Shown here: positions 35,393 to 44,113 of the stretch, one piece after another
Layout of the letters: the number at the start of each line of letters is the position of its first letter
Position numbering within the stretch: the stretch's first letter is position 1
Assembly (NCBI GenBank): GCA_021851065.1
Contig: JAJZJQ010000001.1
Span: 9,640-73,639 of the forward strand
Length of the DNA stretch: 64,000 nt
Direction: 5' to 3'
From: Candidatus Micrarchaeota archaeon
GTDB taxonomy: Archaea; Micrarchaeota; Micrarchaeia; Micrarchaeales; CABMGC01
Made by a program: the position numbers and the translations under genes
The notes under the pieces: model-generated
What the model saw: the letters and a program-made list of their open reading frames with translations, nothing else
Databases searched by the model: none
Told to the model about the DNA's origin: nothing

Positions 35393-36202
35393 TACGGCAT
35401 ATGCCACAGACGGAGCGCGAATGGTCCTTGTGCGGATGTATCGCTTTGAGAGCGCGAAGCCGATGTTGCCAACAAGCAAGGCGGTGAGTGTTGGAGATGG
35501 CAGCCTCAGAATCCCAAACGCCACCAGCAGTATTGCAATACTTGCGCCGAAGACCGCCTGCTGGAGCCTGCCCGAAGGCGAGGTTTTAGGATCTGCCATC
35601 ATTACAAACGCCAGATAGAAGTTGATGCTGAATATGATGGCATCGACAGATGCCACGGATAAGCTGAGCGAAGATGGAGATAAGAATACGCTTAAAAGGA
35701 TGGATGCTATGACGAACGAAAATGACGAGGTAAGCCTCTTTGAGAGGTATGCCAGTATCAACATAACAGGAGTTATCGATATGAAGATGCCTGCCAGGTT
35801 GTATGCACTAGATGCCCACCATTCGTCGCTTGTGGAAAACAGAAGTATGGCCACAAGAAGCCCAAGTGCCGCTGGATTGAACACGTTCACGCTTTTTATA
35901 CGTATGAATGCCTTGGATCCTATGGCTACCACGCAAGCCAGGATTATTGCGGTAAGAGGCGTTGTAGTAGCCGCAACCGAGCCCAGTATGATACCTGTTA
36001 TAATGCCTGAGAAAGGTACCCTTAACTTTCGCCTGAAATAAAACTTCGTGATCAGGATATCTGAGATGGTGCATGTTGTTACAGATACTAGCAGATCCAA
36101 AGGCACCATATGCATTGAGTAGCTTGATATGAATGCCATGGCACAGAGTAGCGCTATTGCCCATACATACATGCCCGCAACAGGTTGGCCCAGTAGCTTC
36201 AT
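35378..36202 (-). CDS. RnfD/NqrB-family-like polytopic membrane protein, stand-alone
   Basis: 274 aa; VNVFNPAALG and FVMMADPKTSPSGRLQQAVFGASIAIL resemble the conserved (I/V)FNPA and TDPxT(S/A)P..G..iyG motifs of RnfD/NqrB. Confidence 0.55.
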   Translation of the reverse strand: MKLLGQPVAGMYVWAIALLCAMAFISSYSMHMVPLDLLVSVTTCTISDILITKFYFRRKLRVPFSGIITGIILGSVAATTTPLTAIILACVVAIGSKAFIRIKSVNVFNPAALGLLVAILLFSTSDEWWASSAYNLAGIFISITPVMLILAYLSKRLTSSFSFVIASILLSVFLSPSSLSLSVASVDAIIFSINFYLAFVMMADPKTSPSGRLQQAVFGASIAILLVAFGILRLPSPTLTALLVGNIGFALSKRYIRTRTIRAPSVAYAVSPNP

Positions 36203-36218
36203 CTACACCAGCACCATG

Positions 36219-36707
36219 TCAGACAACGTACCCCGACTGATTAACCACTACAAAACCGTCGTCCCCGAGGGAGGCGTCAAAACTGTAGCCGTCGTCCCCA
36301 AGAGTAGCCTCTATTATGTATAGACTATAACCAGGCTTTAGCATTATGGTCTCGCTCTGAGTTGTACCCTTTAGCATTATCGTTACCTTGCTTGTGCCGT
36401 TGGCGAGCAAATTGGTGGTCATGTTGAACCCGCTGAGCGCTGACTTTGCTTGCTGCGAGAGCGGCTGGCTTGAGATCAGGTAAGAATATGGATAATAAGG
36501 GGTACTGGAAAACAATGTGGCTGATGAATTTGGCCTTGAATATGCAGTTGGAGCTGCTGAAGTGGCTTGGGAAGTTGCTAGTGGAGCCGAGCCGGCAGTA
36601 CCATTATGGCTTGAATAGTATATGGCAGCTAGACCTGTAACAACTAGAAGACCGGCTACAGCATATGCTTGTGTCTTAAGGCCCACAATATCACCTAAGG
36701 CAAGCAC
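36219..36707 (-). CDS. hypothetical membrane-anchored/secreted protein (N-terminal TM, Ser/Thr/Pro-rich linker, beta-rich C-terminal domain)
   Basis: 162-aa ORF 17 nt upstream of the RnfD-like gene on the same strand; no recognisable family. Confidence 0.55.
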   Translation of the reverse strand: MLALGDIVGLKTQAYAVAGLLVVTGLAAIYYSSHNGTAGSAPLATSQATSAAPTAYSRPNSSATLFSSTPYYPYSYLISSQPLSQQAKSALSGFNMTTNLLANGTSKVTIMLKGTTQSETIMLKPGYSLYIIEATLGDDGYSFDASLGDDGFVVVNQSGYVV

Positions 36708-36770
36708 TATATAATGCCTACTACATATTAATATGCTTTGTACAGTTTACAAACCAGTTATGCTGAGATT

Positions 36771-37304
36771 ATGGTACGGATAGCAGTTGGTTCTACGAAC
36801 AGGGCAAAGATAGAGGCAGTCAGGCGTGTGTTCGTGGAGCGGTATCCGGTAGTAGATATAGTAAGCCTTGGTGTAGCAAGCTCAGTACCTAGCCAGCCTG
36901 TTAATGGGCAGACATTCGAGGGCGCGCAGCATAGGGCAGAGGAGCTCAGGAAGCTTGACAAAGACGGCTCATGCAGGTATTATGTCGGCATAGAAGGCGG
37001 CATAGTGAGCATGCATTCCAGATGGTTTCAGGTTGACGCTGCGTGCATAATCGACAGCGAGGGGGGAATGGCATTTGGCATGGCCCCTTCATTTGAGGTG
37101 CCGCCAAGGATAGTGGATAGACTCAGGAAGGGAGAGGAGCTAAGCTGCGTGCTTGACGAAATTCTCTCGCAGACAAATACCAAGGAGACAGGAATGATAA
37201 AATTCCTGTCCAAAGGCAAGGTAGACAAGACAGCGCATCTGGCGCAGGGAGTTGAGATGGCTCTTTTCCAGCTCATGAACAAGGGTTTTTATTCCTCAGA
37301 CTGA
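36771..37304 (+). CDS. inosine/xanthosine triphosphatase (YjjX / NTPase_I-T family)
   Basis: 177 aa from MVRIAVGSTNRAKIEAVRRVF; SSVPSQPVNGQTFEGAQHRA motif. Confidence 0.75.
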   Translation: MVRIAVGSTNRAKIEAVRRVFVERYPVVDIVSLGVASSVPSQPVNGQTFEGAQHRAEELRKLDKDGSCRYYVGIEGGIVSMHSRWFQVDAACIIDSEGGMAFGMAPSFEVPPRIVDRLRKGEELSCVLDEILSQTNTKETGMIKFLSKGKVDKTAHLAQGVEMALFQLMNKGFYSSD

Positions 37305-37328
37305 ATATATGACTATCGTGGAGGTATC

Positions 37329-37781
37329 ATGCGCGAACTTAGGCAGGCCGTAATAGAGTATCTGGAGCAGGCAAAGCTGATGCAGGTAGCTACGTCATCT
37401 GCCAATAGGCCATGGGTTTGCAGTGTGTGGTTTACTTTTGATGCAGACCTTAATCTATACTGGTTCTCCTGGACTGGAAGGAGGCACTCCCGGGAACTTG
37501 AGAGCAACGGCAAGGTTGCAGGCGCAATAGCACTCCCACAGAACCCCGAAGACATGCCCAAGGGGCTACAGTTTGAGGGAGATGCAAAGATGCTGACTAA
37601 CAAAGAAGATATAGATTTCGCCATTGGCATCTACTCCAGGATATATTCAAGACACAGCGTGGAGGAAAGGATCAATTCTAAGGAGCGCCCCCATCGTTTC
37701 TACATGATAAAACCTACGAAGTACGTCATGTTCGATCCGTCAGGATTCCCAGACGAACCCCTGCAGGAAATGATTATGTAG
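37329..37781 (+). CDS. pyridoxamine 5'-phosphate oxidase-like FMN-binding protein
   Basis: 150 aa; LMQVATSSANRPWVCSVWFTFD...LYWFS pattern of the PNPOx/GSP26 split-barrel family. Confidence 0.65.
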   Translation: MRELRQAVIEYLEQAKLMQVATSSANRPWVCSVWFTFDADLNLYWFSWTGRRHSRELESNGKVAGAIALPQNPEDMPKGLQFEGDAKMLTNKEDIDFAIGIYSRIYSRHSVEERINSKERPHRFYMIKPTKYVMFDPSGFPDEPLQEMIM

Positions 37782-37789
37782 CAGCGGTT

Positions 37790-38359
37790 TTGCACATGGC
37801 CGAGGCAGATATTTCGCATAGTGTCAACATACGCAAAGCAAGCCAGGACGACATAAAGGCATATACGCGCCTTCTGCAAAGAGTATACGAGGACGCATAC
37901 GCAGATGAAGGCATAGGCCTTGGGAGGGAATATTTTTCAATGAAGCTCTTCCTTACGGAAGATACGCAGGAATACTTAAGGTCCAACTTGGCTCAGAGCA
38001 AGGAACAGCTTGCGCTTCTGGCATTCTACAGGAGGAGGCTTGTGGGATCAATAACCATAAAAGATATGAGAGGAAGATTCAAGCTGAGCGGCTTTTATGT
38101 GGATACTAAGATGCAGGGGAAAGGGATAGGCAAAAGGCTTCTAGGACTGGCACTTGGATTCGCAAGAGGAAAGGAGATCTATCTCACTACTTACGCCCAT
38201 AATAAGAGATCAATAGAATTGTACAGTAGATGGGGCTTTAAGCGCTATGGATGGCAGTGGCGCCTGCGTTGGAAGGTATGGCCCAGGGGCGTTTATGCCA
38301 GGATGATCAATATGCGCCTACCTAGTGGGAGTTATGCATATCTTGTTCGGAATGAATGA
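37790..38359 (+). CDS. GNAT-family N-acetyltransferase
   Basis: 189 aa; acetyl-CoA motif MQGKGIGKRLLGLALGFA, then NKRSIELYSRWGFK. Confidence 0.8.
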   Translation: MHMAEADISHSVNIRKASQDDIKAYTRLLQRVYEDAYADEGIGLGREYFSMKLFLTEDTQEYLRSNLAQSKEQLALLAFYRRRLVGSITIKDMRGRFKLSGFYVDTKMQGKGIGKRLLGLALGFARGKEIYLTTYAHNKRSIELYSRWGFKRYGWQWRLRWKVWPRGVYARMINMRLPSGSYAYLVRNE

Positions 38360-38379
38360 TGCCCAGCATGCCAGGCGGC

Positions 38380-39900
38380 CTACTCCCATTCTATTGTGCC
38401 TGGCGGCTTGTCAGTTATATCGTAAGTAACACGCACTATCTCGGGCACTTGGTTTGTTATCAGTGTTGATATGCGTCTTAGCAAAGGCCAGTCAAGCTCT
38501 GCAAAACTGGCAGTCATGGCTTCCCTGCTTTCCACGGCCCGTATTGTTATGACATAACCATATGCCCTGGAATCGCCCTTCACTCCGGTGCTTTTTATAC
38601 CTGGAAAGACGGCAAAGTACTGCCATAGCCTTTTATTGGCCTCTGATTTTGAAAGCTCTGCGGTTACTATGGCGTCTGCCTTTCTCAATATGTCGAGTTT
38701 GTGAACTGTGACATCGCCCAGCACCCTCACTGCAAGGCCGGGGCCTGGAAACGGCTGCCTGTGCACCATCTCCTCAGGCATGCCCAGCGACGTTGCCACC
38801 TTCCTCACCTCGTCTTTGTACAAGTCCCTAAGGGGCTCGACAATCCCCTTGAACTTTATCTCTGTCGGCAGCCCACCAACATTATGGTGGGTCTTTATCA
38901 CGCTTGATTTCTTCGAGTGTCCTGATTCGATCCTGTCAGGGTATATTGTACCTTGTATCAGGTACTGGGCATTTATGCCGCTTGCGACCCGCTCGAATGT
39001 ACGTATGAACTCCCTTCCTATTATCTTTCTCTTTTGCTCAGGATCCGACACGCCGCTAAGTGCGCCAAGAAATTCCTTGCTTGCATCCACGGATACCAGG
39101 TTTATGTTAAGATTCTTGGCCATTGCAGCTATGCTTGCAGCTTCGCCCTCTCTCATAAGACCATTGTCCACGAAGACTGCAGTGAGGTTCTTGCCGATGG
39201 CTCTTGAAGCAAGAAGCGCTGCGGTGCTGGAGTCCACGCCTCCGCTGAGAGCTATTATCGCCTTGCTGTCGCCTATAGCTGCCTTTATGTCATCGACATA
39301 CTTTGGAACTGTCTTCTGTGCATTCCACGTAGGCCTGCACTTGCAGACATCGAAGATGAATGCGCTTAGTATCTTGTCGCCATGCTTGGTATGTACGACT
39401 TCGGGATGCCACTGGACCCCGAATATAGGAAGCGATTCGTGCATGAACGCCGCTACTGGGCAGTTTTCAGTGGTAGCCATGACTTTGATGTGGTTTGGCA
39501 CGCTGAGCACGGTGTCTCCGTGGCTCATCCATATATCCTCCTTGGCAGACATGTCCTTTAATACACCCTCCCTGAGCTTTATGTTGGCGTAGGACGAACC
39601 GTATTCCTGCTTGTGCGCACGTACGACATTGCAGCCCAGATAGCTAGCGAGCAGTTGGTGGCCGTAGCATATGCCAAGTATAGGTATGCCACTGTCAACT
39701 ATCTGCCTGTCCATCTTAGGGGCACCATCCTCGTATATGCTGGATGGGCCTCCCGAGAGTATCAGCCCGCGTACGTTAAGCCTTGATTTGAGGCCTTCCA
39801 GATCCCCTGCAGTGATGTCGTTGGCAACTATCTCCGAGTACACGCCGTTTTCCCTCACCCTGCGGGCTATCAGATGGCAGTACTGTCCGCCGAAATCCAT
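38380..39900 (-). CDS. guaA: GMP synthase (glutamine-hydrolysing), fused GATase + ATP-PPase
   Basis: 506 aa; DFGGQYCHLIARRVRE, GICYGHQL, SGGVDSS, C-terminal PPGTIEWE. Confidence 0.9.
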   Translation of the reverse strand: MDFGGQYCHLIARRVRENGVYSEIVANDITAGDLEGLKSRLNVRGLILSGGPSSIYEDGAPKMDRQIVDSGIPILGICYGHQLLASYLGCNVVRAHKQEYGSSYANIKLREGVLKDMSAKEDIWMSHGDTVLSVPNHIKVMATTENCPVAAFMHESLPIFGVQWHPEVVHTKHGDKILSAFIFDVCKCRPTWNAQKTVPKYVDDIKAAIGDSKAIIALSGGVDSSTAALLASRAIGKNLTAVFVDNGLMREGEAASIAAMAKNLNINLVSVDASKEFLGALSGVSDPEQKRKIIGREFIRTFERVASGINAQYLIQGTIYPDRIESGHSKKSSVIKTHHNVGGLPTEIKFKGIVEPLRDLYKDEVRKVATSLGMPEEMVHRQPFPGPGLAVRVLGDVTVHKLDILRKADAIVTAELSKSEANKRLWQYFAVFPGIKSTGVKGDSRAYGYVITIRAVESREAMTASFAELDWPLLRRISTLITNQVPEIVRVTYDITDKPPGTIEWE

Positions 39901-40230
39901 GACTAGTATAGTATCCTGGCATGGATCTTGTTTGGCGCTTTTTTCAGGTATAGACTCACCAGCAGCACTAGGGATTAAGAGGCAGTGGGTTATAAAACCA
40001 TTGCGCTAAAATGCAGTAGATTCCGGTTAGCTTGTGGTTTTATGGTTGTTAGGAAGATTTATATAGGTGGGCTGTAAGATAATAAGTGCGGTAACACAGG
40101 GCGCAATAGGGAAATCGGAAGAGAAATTCAGAAGACGGAACGTTTGGCTCTGATGTTAACGCCAATGCTATTTTTCAAGGCACTCGCGACAATGTAAAAT
40201 TATTTATACCATAAGCCTATCATCAGTACC

Positions 40231-40518
40231 ATGCACTCTTCTGTAAAGAGTAATTACATAAGGAATGCGCAGAAAACAGCATATGATATACGTGGACTGG
40301 AATACACGCGTGCGGTAAGGCTAGAGTTTCTTGACAATATACACAGAAACAGTGGCAGGGCGCATTTTCTAGAAGCACTATCAAGCAACAGGAGCATATG
40401 GGCAGTGGAATATGATGGTGCAGTATATCCGGTCGTATACGATAAGAGAAGTAAAGAGATAGTTGCATTCCTTTCTGGCTACTATCTGAACATATACTCC
40501 AGCCTGCTCAGGATGTAG
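40231..40518 (+). CDS. hypothetical protein (95 aa)
   Basis: ORF preceded by TATA attatttata about 27 nt upstream (leaderless geometry); no family recognised. Confidence 0.45.
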   Translation: MHSSVKSNYIRNAQKTAYDIRGLEYTRAVRLEFLDNIHRNSGRAHFLEALSSNRSIWAVEYDGAVYPVVYDKRSKEIVAFLSGYYLNIYSSLLRM

Positions 40519-40562
40519 TGCGATGTGCACCATGGCATAAGCAAATGTGTGCTGTGCTGATG

Positions 40563-43500
40563 TCACTTGCCTCTCTTCCTCGCAAGGTACGCTGCAATCA
40601 GCGCTATTATTATTGCAGTGGCTACGCCAATGGCGAAGGTTCCGATGCCAGAGTTAGACTGCGTCCGTGTGGCCTTGATAGTTGTAGTCTGGGTGGAGGC
40701 TGTTGTTGAAGCAGTAGAGTTAGCTGCAGGCACGCCGCCACCGCTGTAGTTTGAGAGTATCTCGATTGTTGGCTCTGTGGGCACCGCGAATGTGACGGTG
40801 CATGCCTTCTCGTCTAAAATTGTGTTTGAGATTGTGCTCCAATTGCCATTCTTTAGCATATATACGGAAATGTCCTGAGCAGGTATTGAGCAATTGTACT
40901 TTGTTGTTTCTGTTATGCTCAGATTGTATGCAGGCACAATGCTGATATTAAGACCCAGCACGAGTTTGCTGCTTGACGGGGGCATGGGCGCCTTGGAAGT
41001 AATGTTTGTAATCGAGATATGGAATCCTTCTGCTGCCTTTGATAGCGAACTGATTAAGAGCGTTGTGCCTGAACTGGTGAGGCTTATAAGATAAGGTGTT
41101 GAACGGGATATCGTGGAGTTGTAGCTTATTGAGGAATTGGACGCAGCGGATGAGACAACCGTAGGGCCCGATATGGTTGTTGTAGGCATAGTTGTCGAAT
41201 TTGTAGACTGAGTGGGGAGGATTGTAGTGGTGGGTAAACCGCTGTGCACCCCTGAGCCAGCTGAGCCGCATACCGCCTGGTTGCATCCTGCTGAGGTGGA
41301 CGTAACATTTCCGGATGGAGATGAATAAGCAACATACCTTGCAGTCGAGCTGTCGGTTGCAGTAACCTGGGAATATACTATGCTGCCTACAGGCGCATGG
41401 AAAGTAAAGCTGTTTGATGATGAAAAATAGTTGCCGGACTGCCGCCCTGTAAAACTGTCGTATACGATGAAGTTGTAAGTATATGGCGGGGTGCCGCCTG
41501 TTGCATAGGCAGTGAAGACTGCAGGGAAGGTGGACGATGACCCTGGAACCCATATAGTCTGCTGGGATGATGGGGATATTGCAACATTTGGCGTTGAACC
41601 CAGGCTGAGTGCTATAGGGGATGATGCCAGCATCTCGTTGGTCGGCGAGCTGTCTGTTATGACAGCGTTTGCCTGGACCGTATTTCCAAGCATCCACGAG
41701 GGCAGGTAAAAGGTGGCAGATGGAGATGTGGAGGTTTCAACAATGGAGTTTATTACAGTGCCTGTTATCTGGTTGGATATTATAAAATTCGCAGAGTACG
41801 GGCTTACACCACCGGTTATGGTTGGAGTTATAGTTACATACTGGCCTGCATCGACTATGGAATTTGATGCGGAGACGGACACGGATGAGAGTGGTGAGTC
41901 TATGCTTAAGGCACTGTTGATGCTGTTTGCTATGTTTGCACCGGTATTGATTACAAGCACGTTGTCTGCATCGTAGTTGGTCACATAGGCATAGGTACCA
42001 GACGGGGAGAATGCAACTTGCTTTGGATTGTTGAGTCCGGAGGTTATTGAATCCGCTATCGTATTTGTTGCAGTATTGATTATGAGCATATTGTTTGTAT
42101 TATCGTTTAGCACATAGGCATAGGTACCAGACGGGGAGAATGCGGCGCCTGGGGGGAAGCTAAAGCCCGAGGTTAGGGAGCCTGTTATGGTGTTGGTAGC
42201 CGTATTGATTATTACAACATTGTTCGCATAGCCATTAGGAACATAGGCTTCTGTGCCTGATGGATTTATCGCTACGCCAACATTGAAGTAAAAACCCGAA
42301 GTTATTGCCCCTGACACCGAATTAGCTGCAGTGTTTACTATTACCACGTTGTTGGCTCCTGTATTGGCAATATATGCATATGTGCCTGATGGCGAGAAGG
42401 CTATGCCGCGTGGGCTGTCTAGCCCTGCGCTGATTGAGCTTATTACTGCGTTTGTGGCAGTATTGACAATTAGCACATCGCTGGTAGCTGTGCCTATGTA
42501 GGCGTAGGTGCCTGATGGGGAGAAGGCTACGCTGAAGGGATTAGTTATCCCGGATGTAATTGAACCTGTCACTGTGTTAGTGGCCGTGTCGATGATAGCC
42601 ACATCATTTGAGAAGTAGTTGTTAACGTATGCGTATGTGCCGGAAGGAGAAAACGCTATGCCGAAGGGAATGCTGAAGTTGCCGGTTATCGAGGCGGCTG
42701 CTGAAGGATCCAGCGCATTGTCAGTTACATAGACACAGTAGTTGGTGTTAGCGCTTGGGTATATTGCGGCGAATGTTGCTGATGGGGAGGTTAGGCCAAT
42801 CTGCTGCTGCACTAGAGCCGACTGCTGGTTGCAGTTATCCGTTGGCGAGGAATATAGTGACGCACCGTAGACAGGTGTGCCGCCTGACCACGAAGCCGAA
42901 AAAGCTATAGGCTGCCCGCTATCTATCGCTGGATTTGACGGTGTTAGGATGGGCGCAGTCATTGGTGGATTTATGGTTAACGTTCCTGTATAGATGCTGT
43001 TTGCCGTTGCCGAATCCGCATCGGTGATTATGACATTTGCTTCTATGGTATTTCCTGCATATGCAAGTGGAATGTCCCATGCCAGCGTATTGGTCAGGGA
43101 TGATATGCCAGTATATCGCTGCGATAGTATTACATTGCCGGTCACTGTATTTGTAAGCAGATATTGGTAGGTATACGGAGGCGCTCCGCCAGTAACCTGT
43201 GCTGTGAATGATATCTGCTGGCCTGCATCCAGCTGGTATGGAAGCCCAGGCAAAGTGCTTAGAGGAGCCTCTGAAAGCTGCCACTGGCCACCGGAATACA
43301 CTGCGCTTGCAACTGCTACACTGCCTGCTCCGCTTAGTAGTATGTTGGCGTTGTATGTTGTCTGGCCTACCTGGTTGCATAGGGCCAGTGCAATTGACTC
43401 GAAACCATCTATGCCGGATTGAAGGAATTGCTGTGTGCATCCGCTGGGCCAGGTTATGGAGCTGCATTCGTAAAAACCGCAGGAAACCATGAGTGCTACG

Positions 43501-44042
43501 GCTGCAGGCTGACCTGAGGCTATCCCATTTGTCGAGTAGTAATAAGAATAGACAGGAGCGTATGCAGACGTAGCTCCAGCTGCGACTGCGTTGAGTATGG
43601 GGGAGCCGCCGATAGCATTCACTTCAAGGCCTGCTATAACTATGGAAGATTTTGATGATGAATCGTTGCAGGTTGATGAGCTGTAAGTGTTGCTTACCTC
43701 TGCATACTGTCCTGGACCGGAGGACCCAAGCACAGGCCATGATGGGGTATTGAGGACGCCATTTCCATCTCCTCCCCAGCAGAAATCACCCGGAGAGATC
43801 ACTGCAGGCAGGGTGCAGGATGCACTGGTAGATCCTGTTGCAGTGCACGTATTTGCGTAATAGACTAGGCTTGCATTAACATTTCCTGAGAGCGCTGCGA
43901 CAATGAGAAGCATGGTAAATACGCCGGCAAGGCGCACATGATGATTGATGTGCAGTTTGATCGGCATTGTAGGGCTGGAATTCGCTGGTCCTACTTTTTT
44001 TGCAACCATGTTACTACGCAGGAAAAATTTCTCGGCATACAT
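40563..44042 (-). CDS. giant surface protein: signal peptide, Ig-like modules, six YVTN beta-propeller repeats, Ser/Thr stalk, C-terminal TM anchor
   Basis: 1159 aa; six ~43-aa repeats (AFSPSGTYAYV.N...N.V.VINTATNTV.GSITSG); four GG(A/T/V)(P/S)PY(T/S) modules; C-terminal GIGTFAIGVATAIIIALIAAYLARKRGK; start may be an internal Met (44009 or 43967). Confidence 0.85.
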   Translation of the reverse strand: MYAEKFFLRSNMVAKKVGPANSSPTMPIKLHINHHVRLAGVFTMLLIVAALSGNVNASLVYYANTCTATGSTSASCTLPAVISPGDFCWGGDGNGVLNTPSWPVLGSSGPGQYAEVSNTYSSSTCNDSSSKSSIVIAGLEVNAIGGSPILNAVAAGATSAYAPVYSYYYSTNGIASGQPAAVALMVSCGFYECSSITWPSGCTQQFLQSGIDGFESIALALCNQVGQTTYNANILLSGAGSVAVASAVYSGGQWQLSEAPLSTLPGLPYQLDAGQQISFTAQVTGGAPPYTYQYLLTNTVTGNVILSQRYTGISSLTNTLAWDIPLAYAGNTIEANVIITDADSATANSIYTGTLTINPPMTAPILTPSNPAIDSGQPIAFSASWSGGTPVYGASLYSSPTDNCNQQSALVQQQIGLTSPSATFAAIYPSANTNYCVYVTDNALDPSAAASITGNFSIPFGIAFSPSGTYAYVNNYFSNDVAIIDTATNTVTGSITSGITNPFSVAFSPSGTYAYIGTATSDVLIVNTATNAVISSISAGLDSPRGIAFSPSGTYAYIANTGANNVVIVNTAANSVSGAITSGFYFNVGVAINPSGTEAYVPNGYANNVVIINTATNTITGSLTSGFSFPPGAAFSPSGTYAYVLNDNTNNMLIINTATNTIADSITSGLNNPKQVAFSPSGTYAYVTNYDADNVLVINTGANIANSINSALSIDSPLSSVSVSASNSIVDAGQYVTITPTITGGVSPYSANFIISNQITGTVINSIVETSTSPSATFYLPSWMLGNTVQANAVITDSSPTNEMLASSPIALSLGSTPNVAISPSSQQTIWVPGSSSTFPAVFTAYATGGTPPYTYNFIVYDSFTGRQSGNYFSSSNSFTFHAPVGSIVYSQVTATDSSTARYVAYSSPSGNVTSTSAGCNQAVCGSAGSGVHSGLPTTTILPTQSTNSTTMPTTTISGPTVVSSAASNSSISYNSTISRSTPYLISLTSSGTTLLISSLSKAAEGFHISITNITSKAPMPPSSSKLVLGLNISIVPAYNLSITETTKYNCSIPAQDISVYMLKNGNWSTISNTILDEKACTVTFAVPTEPTIEILSNYSGGGVPAANSTASTTASTQTTTIKATRTQSNSGIGTFAIGVATAIIIALIAAYLARKRGK
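41975..42700 (-). repeat. about six tandem ~129-nt coding repeats (YVTN blades) inside the surface-protein gene
   Basis: Near-identical stretches, e.g. cacataggcataggtaccagacggggagaatgc at about 41983 and about 42111; the others are diverged. Confidence 0.7.
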
Positions 44043-44113
44043 ATAAATAGTTTATTATTACTCGGTTTTGCGCGCCAGCAAGAACGTGGAATGTTGCAGA
44101 TGCGCTTGCGCGC

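Noticed and set aside
35378-36202. Reading the NPA motif of this membrane protein as an aquaporin/MIP signature
   Set aside because: Only one NPA is present, the context (FNPAALG) is not the MIP HxNPAVT/NPAR pair, and the ADPKTSP..G..FG motif fits RnfD/NqrB instead.
39901-40005. Possible N-terminal truncation or non-canonical start of guaA. The frame stays open for 35 codons upstream of ATG 39900, and the residues just upstream (..DTILV-MDFGGQY) look like the usual beta-1 strand.
   Set aside because: I found no ATG, GTG or TTG in that upstream frame, so ATG 39900 is the only supportable start. A rare start codon cannot be shown from sequence alone.
44043-44113. GCGCGC...GCGCGC inverted repeat between the aCPSF1 stop and the surface-protein start, considered as a terminator
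   Set aside because: The stem is short and imperfect and is not followed by an oligo-T tract on the transcribed strand. It also overlaps the A/T-rich promoter of the next gene.
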